Assembly (NCBI GenBank): GCA_000434835.1
Contig: FR881490.1
Coordinates: forward strand, 56,374-120,373
Length of the DNA stretch: 64,000 nt
Direction: 5' to 3'
DNA from: Clostridium sp. CAG:594
GTDB taxonomy: Bacteria > Bacillota_I > Bacilli_A > RF39 > UBA660
Shown one piece after another: positions 10,465 to 18,788 of this stretch; the first letter of the stretch is position 1; each line of letters begins with the position of its first letter. The translations under genes and the position numbers were made by a program. Below the pieces are notes generated by a model. The model was not told the origin of the DNA and did not search any database. It saw only the letters and a program-made list of their open reading frames with translations.

Positions 10465-10607
10465 CCTTGTGGAATAGTGGCTAATTTTCCCACTTTGGAT
10501 GTGGATTAAAAACACTTAGTTTTCCTTTAAAAATAAAGAAATTTTAAGTTTTCCACATTATCCACAGTAATAATAAAAATACTATTAATAATAAGGAGAA
10601 ATATAAT
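10465..10607. promoter_or_regulatory. oriC, downstream DnaA-box cluster plus AT-rich unwinding element (incB/DUE-like)
   Basis: TTGTGGAAT, TGTGGATTA, TTTTCCACA and a perfect TTATCCACA, followed by an AATAATAAAAATA… tract before dnaN. Confidence 0.7.
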
Positions 10608-11729
10608 ATGAAATTTAGTATAAAAAAAGAAGTTTTACTTCACAGTTTAAATTCTGTAAGTAAAGCTTTATCTAGTAAAAACTTAATTCCAGTATTATCT
10701 GGTATAAAATTTAATTTAACAAATGAAGGTTTATTTTTAAGTGCTAGTGATAATGATATTAGTATTGAATCATTTATAGATAAAAGTAAATTAGAAGAAA
10801 TAAATGAAGTAGGTACTACAGTTATTCAAGGTAAATATATATTAGAAATAATAAGAAAATTAGAAGGTAGAATAGTTAATATTGAACTTTTAGATAACAT
10901 AAAAGTATTAATTTCCTGTGGAAACTCTGAATTTAACTTAAATTCAATGGATGCAGCAGAATTTCCTAATTTAAATATGGAAGAGAAGAAAGAACCTATT
11001 ATTATAAGAAAAACAGAATTTAAGAACTTAATTAACAAAACGTCTTTTGCTATATCATCACAAGAGACAAGACCAATATTAACTGGTATTAATTTTAAGA
11101 TAAACGAAGATAAGTTAGAATGTATCTCAACTGATTCATATAGATTAGCTAAAAAATATGTTACTTTATCAAATAGTGTATCTGAAGATATAAACATAGT
11201 AATACCCGGTAAAAACTTAATAGAATTAACTAAAATATTAGAAGAAACTGATGATGATATAGAGATGCACGTATTTAGTAATAAAGTTTTATTTAAGTTT
11301 GATAATACTTTATTCCAAACTAGGGTACTTTCTGGAACGTTCCCTGATGTTAATAGGTTAATACCAGCATCATTTGAATTAGAAGTAAAAGCAAATGCTA
11401 ATGAATTTTATAATGTAATAGATAGAGCAGCACTTTTAACTAGTGAAAAAGATAAGAACATAGTTAAATTTGAATGCGATGGAAATGAAGTTATAGTTTC
11501 ATCTAATTCACCAGAAATCGGACGTGTTGAAGAGAAGATGGACGTTGAAAAAAATAATGATACAAATATAAAAATAGCATTTTCTTCAAGATTTATGATG
11601 GATGCTTTAAGAACTGTTGAAAGTAAAGACGTTGTTTTATGTTTTAATAATGATGTACAGCCAATTATCATTAAAGATTCTAAGGATGATACTTTACTAC
11701 AACTTATATTACCAATAAAAACATACTAA
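10608..11729 (+). CDS. dnaN: DNA polymerase III beta sliding clamp
   Basis: 373 aa in the conserved position. Confidence 0.95.
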   Translation: MKFSIKKEVLLHSLNSVSKALSSKNLIPVLSGIKFNLTNEGLFLSASDNDISIESFIDKSKLEEINEVGTTVIQGKYILEIIRKLEGRIVNIELLDNIKVLISCGNSEFNLNSMDAAEFPNLNMEEKKEPIIIRKTEFKNLINKTSFAISSQETRPILTGINFKINEDKLECISTDSYRLAKKYVTLSNSVSEDINIVIPGKNLIELTKILEETDDDIEMHVFSNKVLFKFDNTLFQTRVLSGTFPDVNRLIPASFELEVKANANEFYNVIDRAALLTSEKDKNIVKFECDGNEVIVSSNSPEIGRVEEKMDVEKNNDTNIKIAFSSRFMMDALRTVESKDVVLCFNNDVQPIIIKDSKDDTLLQLILPIKTY

Positions 11730-11752
11730 ACTAGCTAAAATGCTAGTTTTTT
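11730..11752 (+). terminator. Rho-independent terminator after dnaN
   Basis: CTAGC-taaaatg-CTAG hairpin followed by TTTTTT. Confidence 0.45.
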
Positions 11753-11837
11753 AATTTTTGTAACAAAATATGACAAAATTCTTAAAAATACTGTGGATAA
11801 TAGATTGGCATAACTTGAAAGGAAAGGGTTTTGGAAT

Positions 11838-12299
11838 ATGAATGAATACGAAATAAACGCACAAACACTTGCAATAATACCAATAGGCAAGGAAAGAAGT
11901 AAAATAATTGAAGTAAATGGGGATTACATTATAAATAAGTCTCCTATAAAAATATTAGATGATAGCTGCAAATTCTTTGGTAGTAGCTACGAAGGGAGGT
12001 TTTGTGGTACTAAAACGTTAACTGGTATAACGCATAAGTCACCAATAATAGTAGAAGAAAGTAAAAGAATTATCTTTTTTCCTACTAAATCTCCTAGAAC
12101 ATCTACTTGTACTTGGCTTTCTTTTAATAATATAGCAGAGTATGATGGTGATGGAAAAGATTCGGTTATTAAGTTTTCTTGTGGAAAAATGCTTAGACTC
12201 CATATTTCTTATGGAATTTTAGATAATCAGATACTTAGATCAACTAGACTTGAAGCAATGTTACTAAGAAGAATGCATGATTTTATGAAAAGTATATAA
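11838..12299 (+). CDS. ComK-family competence transcription factor-like protein (C-terminally short)
   Basis: ILDDSCKFFGSSYEGRFCGT…ITHKSPIIVEESKRIIFFPTKSPRTSTCTWLS…FSCGKMLRLHISYGILDNQILRSTRLEAM aligns with the B. subtilis ComK core (IVDRSCRFFGSSYAGRKAGT…ISHKPPIMV…IFLFPTLSS…FSNGKTMELPISYNSFENQVYRTAWL). About 40 aa shorter at the C-terminus. Confidence 0.6.
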   Translation: MNEYEINAQTLAIIPIGKERSKIIEVNGDYIINKSPIKILDDSCKFFGSSYEGRFCGTKTLTGITHKSPIIVEESKRIIFFPTKSPRTSTCTWLSFNNIAEYDGDGKDSVIKFSCGKMLRLHISYGILDNQILRSTRLEAMLLRRMHDFMKSI

Positions 12300-12422
12300 A
12301 AAATGCATCTTTTTTTATAAATTATAAGAAATTAGCCTTATTTTGTGATATAATTAGTATGTATGTAGTAGTATACTCAAAATAGGTGTAGGTGGTTTAA
12401 ATGGGCTTTAAAATACTGAATT

Positions 12423-13535
12423 ATGTTTTTAAGGAAACTTGAGTTAAATAATTTTAGAAACATTTCTAAAATAGATTTTGAATTTAATAAAAATATTAAC
12501 ATTTTTATAGGAAACAATGCCCAAGGAAAAACCAATGTATTAGAAAGTATATATTTTCTTGCAATAACAAGATCACACAGAACTCATAACGAATTAAATT
12601 TAATAAAGAATGATGCACTTTATACTAAGGTATCTGGAACGTTTTTTGATGATTCAAAAAATACCCATATGCTATCTATTTTATTAAATGAAAAGGGAAA
12701 AAAGGTATCTGTTGATAATATTATGCAAAAAAAGATAAGTAATTATTTATCTAGATTAAATGTTATTATGTTTTGTCCTGATGACCTAGAAATAATAAAG
12801 GGAACTCCTGCTACTAGAAGAAAATTTTTAAATATAGAACTTTCACAGTTTAAGAAAGATTATGTTTTTCAACTTAAAGAATATAATCAGGTTTTAAAAC
12901 AAAGAAACGAGTATTTAAAGCAAAAAAATAATGCTAAATTTGATAAAACTTACTTTAGCATTTTAACGGAAAAACTTGTTATTAAAAACATAGAATTAGT
13001 AAAAATTAGGTATGATTTTATAAATAAAATAAACAATTATCTAAAAGATGTTTTTGATAAAATTGCAGGATTTGGTAATTTAGAGATTAAATATAAAAGT
13101 TTTATACATGAACAAGACTTAAATAAAGTCGATTTAAAGGACTTTATTATAAATAAGTATAATTCTATGTTTATGAATGAATTGCTTCAAAAAACGACTC
13201 TTTTAGGCTGTCACAAGGATGATTTTAAGATGTATTTAAATGATCTTGATGTAACAGAGTTTTCATCTCAAGGACAACAAAGATTATCTATTTTAAGTTT
13301 AAAATTAGCAGAAATAGAAGTTTTTGTTAAGGAAAAACATACAAAACCTATTATTTTACTAGATGATATATTTAGTGAACTAGATGAAATAAAGAAAAAT
13401 AATATTATAGATTATTTTAAAGAAGATATACAAATATTTATTACTACTACTGATATAAAAGACATAAATGATGAATTAAAGGCTAAATCTGATATTTATG
13501 TTGTGGATAATGGTAATTTTAATAAGGAGGATTAG
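12423..13535 (+). CDS. recF: DNA replication and repair protein RecF
   Basis: Walker A GNNAQGKTN and SMC-like architecture. An extended -10 (TTGTGATATAAT) lies upstream. Confidence 0.9.
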   Translation: MFLRKLELNNFRNISKIDFEFNKNINIFIGNNAQGKTNVLESIYFLAITRSHRTHNELNLIKNDALYTKVSGTFFDDSKNTHMLSILLNEKGKKVSVDNIMQKKISNYLSRLNVIMFCPDDLEIIKGTPATRRKFLNIELSQFKKDYVFQLKEYNQVLKQRNEYLKQKNNAKFDKTYFSILTEKLVIKNIELVKIRYDFINKINNYLKDVFDKIAGFGNLEIKYKSFIHEQDLNKVDLKDFIINKYNSMFMNELLQKTTLLGCHKDDFKMYLNDLDVTEFSSQGQQRLSILSLKLAEIEVFVKEKHTKPIILLDDIFSELDEIKKNNIIDYFKEDIQIFITTTDIKDINDELKAKSDIYVVDNGNFNKED

Positions 13536-13538
13536 ATT

Positions 13539-15467
13539 ATGGCAGAAAATAACGAACATTATGATGCTTCCGATATTCAGGTCTTAGAGGGATTAGAAGC
13601 CGTAAGAAAAAGACCAGGTATGTACATTGGTACTACTGATGTAAAAGGATTACATCATTTAGTTTGGGAAATTGTAGATAATGCAATAGATGAATCATTA
13701 GCTGGTTATTGTAATAATATTGAAATTATTATAAATAAAGATAACTCTGTTACCGTAAAAGATGATGGCCGTGGTATACCAGTTGATATTCACCCAAAAA
13801 CAAAGATATCTACAGTAGAAACTGTATATACAGTACTTCATGCTGGAGGTAAATTTGGTGGAGGCGGATACAAGGTATCAGGAGGTCTTCATGGTGTTGG
13901 TGCATCAGTTGTTAATGCACTATCTAAATGGGTAGAAGTAACTGTTTATAAAAATAGTAAGATTTATAAAATAAGATTTGAAAATGGTGGGCATACTACT
14001 CATCCATTAGAAGTTATCGGAGAATGTGAAGAAAATAGAACTGGTACTTGGGTAACATTTAAACCAGATCCAGAAATATTTGATACGGATATTTATGATT
14101 ATGAAACCTTAAAGGTAAGAGTAAGAGAACTTGCTTTCTTAAATAAAGGTTTACGTATCACTTTAAGAGATGATCGTGATTTAGAAGATACAACTGGAGA
14201 AACTTTTATATATGAAGGTGGTATTTCAGAATATGTTAAGTTTATAAATCAAGGAAAAACTCCTATTCATGAGGATATAATTCATTTAGAGGGTATGGAA
14301 GAAAACGTATTTTTTGAAGTAGCACTTCAATATAATACTGGATATAATGATAACATTTATTCTTTTGTTAACAACATTAATACCCATGATGGTGGAACTC
14401 ATGAGGAAGGTGTTAAACGTGCATTAACAAGAGTTATAAATAATTATGCAAGAAAAAACAACATATTAAAAGAAAAAGATGAGTCTTTAACTGGTGATGA
14501 TGTTAAAGAAGGTTTGACAATGATTATATCTTGTAAACATCCAAACCCACAGTTTGAAGGACAAACAAAAGGAAGACTTGGTAACTCAGAAGTAAGAAAA
14601 TTAGCCGATAAGGTATTTTCAGAAGGTTTCGAAAAATTCTTACTTGAAAACCCAGATGAAGCAAAAATTATTGTTAATAAAGCAATGCTTGCATCACGTG
14701 CAAGACACGCTGCTAAAAAGGCAAGAGAAATAACTCGTAAAAGTGATTTAGCAACAACTAATTTCTTTGGAAAGTTATCTGATTGCAAGAGTAAAGATCC
14801 AAAAGTATCAGAAATTTTCATAGTCGAGGGGGATTCAGCTGGTGGATCTGCTAAAAAAGGTAGGGATTCAATGACTCAAGCTATACTTCCTTTAAGAGGC
14901 AAGATATTAAACGTAGAAAAAGCAAGACTTGATAGAGCCCTTGGAAATGAAGAAATAAGAACCATTATTACTGCATTTGGTACTGGTATTGGAGATGAAT
15001 TTAATTTAGATAAATTAAGATATGACAAAATCATAATAATGACCGATGCCGATGTTGATGGATCTCATATAAGAGTATTATTACTTACGTTATTTTATAG
15101 ATTCTTTAGACCAATTGTAGAAGCAGGGCATGTTTATGCAGCACAACCACCATTATTTAGAATAATGCATGGTAAAACTCGTAAATACGTACTTGATGAA
15201 CCTGAAAAAGAAGCTTATTTAGCATCTTTACCTGAAAATGTTCGTGCAAGAGCTGAAATCGCACGTATGAAAGGTTTAGGAGAGATGGATGCTGAAGAAC
15301 TAAACGAAACAACAATGGATATTGAAAAAAGAGTATTAAGAAAGATCACTGTAGAAGATTGTGTAGCAGCAGATGCTATGTTTGGTAAATTAATGGGTGA
15401 AGAAGTAGAACCTAGAAGAAAATTTATCGAAGATAATGCACAATATGTTAAAAATTTGGATATTTAA
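13539..15467 (+). CDS. gyrB: DNA gyrase subunit B
   Basis: 642 aa with GHKL ATPase and TOPRIM motifs (EGDSAGG). Confidence 0.97.
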   Translation: MAENNEHYDASDIQVLEGLEAVRKRPGMYIGTTDVKGLHHLVWEIVDNAIDESLAGYCNNIEIIINKDNSVTVKDDGRGIPVDIHPKTKISTVETVYTVLHAGGKFGGGGYKVSGGLHGVGASVVNALSKWVEVTVYKNSKIYKIRFENGGHTTHPLEVIGECEENRTGTWVTFKPDPEIFDTDIYDYETLKVRVRELAFLNKGLRITLRDDRDLEDTTGETFIYEGGISEYVKFINQGKTPIHEDIIHLEGMEENVFFEVALQYNTGYNDNIYSFVNNINTHDGGTHEEGVKRALTRVINNYARKNNILKEKDESLTGDDVKEGLTMIISCKHPNPQFEGQTKGRLGNSEVRKLADKVFSEGFEKFLLENPDEAKIIVNKAMLASRARHAAKKAREITRKSDLATTNFFGKLSDCKSKDPKVSEIFIVEGDSAGGSAKKGRDSMTQAILPLRGKILNVEKARLDRALGNEEIRTIITAFGTGIGDEFNLDKLRYDKIIIMTDADVDGSHIRVLLLTLFYRFFRPIVEAGHVYAAQPPLFRIMHGKTRKYVLDEPEKEAYLASLPENVRARAEIARMKGLGEMDAEELNETTMDIEKRVLRKITVEDCVAADAMFGKLMGEEVEPRRKFIEDNAQYVKNLDI

Positions 15468-15480
15468 GGAGGTGTAATAA

Positions 15481-18033
15481 ATGGAAAATAAAGAAGAAAA
15501 AGAAATAAAAGAAGAAACAACTAATGATGAATTTGGAGGAACTTTTCACGAAAGAGATTCTCACGCAGAAAATGATATAGTAAAAGAAATTTCTGATTCA
15601 TTCCTTGATTATTCAATGAGTGTTATTACATCCCGTGCAATACCAGACTTAAGAGATGGTTTAAAACCAGTTCATAGAAGAATATTATGGTCAATGTTTG
15701 AAGAAGGAAATACCCCAGATAAGCCTCATAAAAAATCTGCTACAACAGTTGGTTATGTTATGGGACATTATCATCCACATGGTGATTCATCTATTTATGA
15801 AGCAATGGTTAGACTTGCACAAGATTTTAACCAAAGATACATGATGGTTGATGGTCATGGTAACTTTGGTAATATTGAAGGCGATGGTGCAGCAGCATAT
15901 CGTTATACTGAAGCAAGATTATCAAAAATATCTCTTGAAATGTTAAGAGATATAAGAAAAAATACAGTTGATATGGATGATAACTTTGATGAAACTTGTA
16001 AAGAGCCTAAGGTTTTACCATCAAGATTTCCTAACGTATTAGTAAATGGTTCAATGGGTATAGCAGTAGGTATGGCAACAAATATTCCACCACACAACTT
16101 AGGTGAAGTAATAGACGGATGTGTTGCATACATAGATAATCCAGATATTGATGTAAACGGATTAATGAATTATATTAAAGGTCCTGATTTTCCAACAGGT
16201 GGCATAATTTTAGGTAATTCAGGAATTAAAAAAGCTTATGAAACTGGTAGAGGATCAATTACTATCCGTTCTAGAACATCAATTGAGGAAGTAGGAAATC
16301 ATAGTCAAATAGTAATTACAGAAGTGCCTTATGGAACAAACACTTTGGATTTAAAAAACAAAGTAGCAGAACTTGTACATAATAAAACAATTGAAGGCAT
16401 TTCTGATTACCACACTGATTTAAAAAATGGTGTAAAAATAACAATAACATTAAAGAGAGATGCTAATCCTCAGGTTGTATTAAATAATTTATTTAAACAT
16501 ACTAATTTTCAAATTAATTATGGAATAATTTTCCTAGTAATTGATAATGGAACTCCAAGAACTTTAGGATTAAAGGATATTATTTCAAAATACATTGATC
16601 ATCAAAAAGAAGTTATTATAAGAAGAACTAAATATGAGTTAAATGAAGATGAAAAAAGAGTTCATATTTTAGAAGGTTTAAAAATAGCTTTAGATAATAT
16701 CGATGAAGTGGTAAAAATAATTCGTGGTGCTGATGATGATCAGGATGCAAAAGAAAAATTAATGACTAAGTTTGGTCTTGATGAAATTCAAAGTAATAGC
16801 ATACTAGAAATGCGTTTAAGACGCTTAACAGGCTTAGAAAGAGATAAAATAGAAAATGAATTAAATGAATTATTAAAAGAAATAGAAGAATTAAGAGCAA
16901 TTTTAGCGTCAGAACAAAAAGTTCTTGACATAATAAAAGAAGAAATGCTTGAAATTAAGAAAAAATATGCTGATGAAAGAAGAACTTCTATTGATATGAC
17001 TGCTATTGATTATATTGAGGATGAATCATTAATTCCTGTTGAAGATATAGTTGTTGCATTAACTCATAAAGGTTATGTTAAAAGAATGGCCAGAGATACT
17101 TATAAACTACAAAATAAAGGTGGTGTAGGAATTAAGGGCATGTCAACTAACGAAGAAGATTTTGTTGAAATACTTAAATCCGGAAAAACTCATGACCATG
17201 TTATGTTTTTTACTAATAAAGGTAAAGTTTATAGATTAAAAGGTTATGAAATACCAGAATTTTCAAGACAATCTAAGGGATTACCAATAATTAATTTATT
17301 GCCAATTGAAAAAGATGAAAAAATAAATAGCATATTATTAGACGATGACAGTGAAAATAACAAATATTTAGTTGTAGCTACTAAATATGGATTAGTAAAA
17401 CGAACAAACGTATCGGAATTTGAAAATATTAGAAAAAATGGTAAGATAGCTGTTACATTAAAAGATGGCGATGAGGTATTATCCGTTCACTTTACTTCTG
17501 GTAATGATGATGTAATAATTGCTGCCAATAATGGTAGAATGATTAGATTCAATGAAAATGAAATAAGAGTAATGGGAAGAACAGCAACAGGTGTAAAAGG
17601 TATTGAATTGATAGATGATTGTTATTGTGTTGGTTGTGAAATTGCAAGAGAAGGACAAGAAGTTTTAGTAGTAACTGAAAAAGGTTACGGAAAACGTACA
17701 GATATTAATGAATATAGATTAACTCATAGAGGTAGTAAAGGTGTCAAAACTCTTAATATAACCGAAAAAAATGGTACAATAGTAGCATTTAGAACAATCA
17801 CTGATGACAAAGATTTAATGATTATTACTGATCAAGGCATTGTTATTAGAATTTCAGCTGATAAAGTATCAAGAATGAGTAGAGTCACACAAGGTGTTAG
17901 ATTAATGAATTTAAGAGAAGGACAAAAAGTATCTACAGTGTCAGTAGTTGAAAAAGATGAAGAAAACACTAATGAAAATGAAACAACATCAAATGATACA
18001 TCAGAAAAAGAAACAAAAGAGGCTAGTGAATAG
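15481..18033 (+). CDS. gyrA: DNA gyrase subunit A
   Basis: 850 aa with the active-site region AAAYRYTEARL. Has an acidic C-terminal tail. Confidence 0.97.
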   Translation: MENKEEKEIKEETTNDEFGGTFHERDSHAENDIVKEISDSFLDYSMSVITSRAIPDLRDGLKPVHRRILWSMFEEGNTPDKPHKKSATTVGYVMGHYHPHGDSSIYEAMVRLAQDFNQRYMMVDGHGNFGNIEGDGAAAYRYTEARLSKISLEMLRDIRKNTVDMDDNFDETCKEPKVLPSRFPNVLVNGSMGIAVGMATNIPPHNLGEVIDGCVAYIDNPDIDVNGLMNYIKGPDFPTGGIILGNSGIKKAYETGRGSITIRSRTSIEEVGNHSQIVITEVPYGTNTLDLKNKVAELVHNKTIEGISDYHTDLKNGVKITITLKRDANPQVVLNNLFKHTNFQINYGIIFLVIDNGTPRTLGLKDIISKYIDHQKEVIIRRTKYELNEDEKRVHILEGLKIALDNIDEVVKIIRGADDDQDAKEKLMTKFGLDEIQSNSILEMRLRRLTGLERDKIENELNELLKEIEELRAILASEQKVLDIIKEEMLEIKKKYADERRTSIDMTAIDYIEDESLIPVEDIVVALTHKGYVKRMARDTYKLQNKGGVGIKGMSTNEEDFVEILKSGKTHDHVMFFTNKGKVYRLKGYEIPEFSRQSKGLPIINLLPIEKDEKINSILLDDDSENNKYLVVATKYGLVKRTNVSEFENIRKNGKIAVTLKDGDEVLSVHFTSGNDDVIIAANNGRMIRFNENEIRVMGRTATGVKGIELIDDCYCVGCEIAREGQEVLVVTEKGYGKRTDINEYRLTHRGSKGVKTLNITEKNGTIVAFRTITDDKDLMIITDQGIVIRISADKVSRMSRVTQGVRLMNLREGQKVSTVSVVEKDEENTNENETTSNDTSEKETKEASE

Positions 18034-18047
18034 TCTCTTTTTTATTG

Positions 18048-18065
18048 ATGTTTCACGTGAAACAT
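18048..18065. repeat. 18-bp perfect palindrome ATGTTTCACGTGAAACAT, copy 1
   Basis: Seen directly. Followed by AGGTATATAAAAT. Confidence 0.7.
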
Positions 18066-18126
18066 AGGTATATAAAATAAATATCAAAATTAACTTGCTA
18101 AAATTCAAATAATATAATAAAATAAT

Positions 18127-18206
18127 ATTGCACAACAGGAATGTTAGAACCAGGTCAGGCTCGAGAGATAGCAGCCTTAATAACCTCTTTCTGTGTGTGC
18201 TTTTAT
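18127..18206 (+). ncRNA. ffs: Signal recognition particle RNA, small 4.5S-like form (candidate)
   Basis: ACCAGGTCAGG…AGCAGCC matches the SRP domain IV consensus ACCAGGUCAGG-UCCGGAAGG-AAGCAGCC. The apical GNRA tetraloop GAGA is closed by a compensatory TC/GA stem (E. coli has CC/GG). The 5' GCACA pairs with the 3' TGTGC, followed by a U-tract. A -10-like TATAAT sits upstream. Confidence 0.5.
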
Positions 18207-18219
18207 TTTATATAAAATA

Positions 18220-18237
18220 ATGTTCCACGTGAAACAT
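18220..18237. repeat. Palindrome copy 2 (ATGTTCCACGTGAAACAT), followed by AGGTATACAAAAAT
   Basis: Seen directly. Confidence 0.7.
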
Positions 18238-18264
18238 AGGTATACAAAAATAAAAAGAAGGGTA

Positions 18265-18282
18265 ATGTTCCACGTGAAACAT
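18265..18282. repeat. Palindrome copy 3, immediately upstream of the tadA start
   Basis: Seen directly. Its ATG is in frame with tadA. Confidence 0.7.
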
Positions 18283-18297
18283 AGTATTAAATATTAT

Positions 18298-18708
18298 ATG
18301 GAAGAAAAATATTATGAAGAAATAATAAAATTAGCTAAAAAAGCCTACAAAAAAGGGGAAGTGCCGGTTGGTGCAATTGTAGTAAAAGATGGTAAGATAC
18401 TTTCTAAGGCATATAATAGAGTTGAAAAAGATAGAGATGCAACTATGCATGCGGAAATCTTAGCTATTAAAAAGGCATCTAAAAAAATAAAAAACTGGAG
18501 ATTAAATAATTGCGAAATGTATGTAACATTAGAACCTTGTATGATGTGTACTGCAGCAATAGAATTAAGTAGAATAAAAAAAGTACATTATTTACTTAAA
18601 AGAGATAAAGAAATAATAAAAAGCAAAGAAAAGTATATTTATGAAGAAACTGAATCTAGTCAAGAGGTTTTAGAACTATTACAATCGTTTTTTAAAAGTA
18701 AAAGATAA
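18298..18708 (+). CDS. tadA: tRNA-specific adenosine deaminase TadA
   Basis: HAE…PCMMC zinc motif. The N-terminus MEEKYYEEIIKLAKKAYKKGEVPVGAIVV aligns with TadA. The track's upstream extension consists only of palindrome-encoded MFHVKH. Confidence 0.85.
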   Translation: MEEKYYEEIIKLAKKAYKKGEVPVGAIVVKDGKILSKAYNRVEKDRDATMHAEILAIKKASKKIKNWRLNNCEMYVTLEPCMMCTAAIELSRIKKVHYLLKRDKEIIKSKEKYIYEETESSQEVLELLQSFFKSKR

Positions 18709-18738
18709 GCAATGTTCCACGTGAAACATTGCTTTTTT
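18709..18738 (+). terminator. tadA terminator built from palindrome copy 4 (GCAATGTTCCACGTGAAACATTGC + T6)
   Basis: A 24-nt perfect inverted repeat followed by TTTTTT, directly after the tadA stop. Confidence 0.6.
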
Positions 18739-18788
18739 AGTTTAAAAACATAACTTAAAATGTTATAATATATAACAGAGGTGGTTGT

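Noticed and set aside
13501-13509. Perfect DnaA-box 9-mers inside coding sequences: recF 13501 and tilS ~54848. Near-perfect matches in mfd and recR.
   Set aside because: About one chance perfect 9-mer match is expected per 64 kb. None forms a cluster or sits in intergenic DNA. Only the boxes around dnaA, and the single intergenic one before the ComK-like gene, were retained.
18193-18297. N-terminal extension of tadA (MCAFILYKIMFHVKHRYTKIKRRVMFHVKH…) in the ORF track.
   Set aside because: The extension is produced by the palindromic repeats, which read ATG-TTC-CAC-GTG-AAA-CAT in frame. TadA homology begins at MEEKYY (18298).
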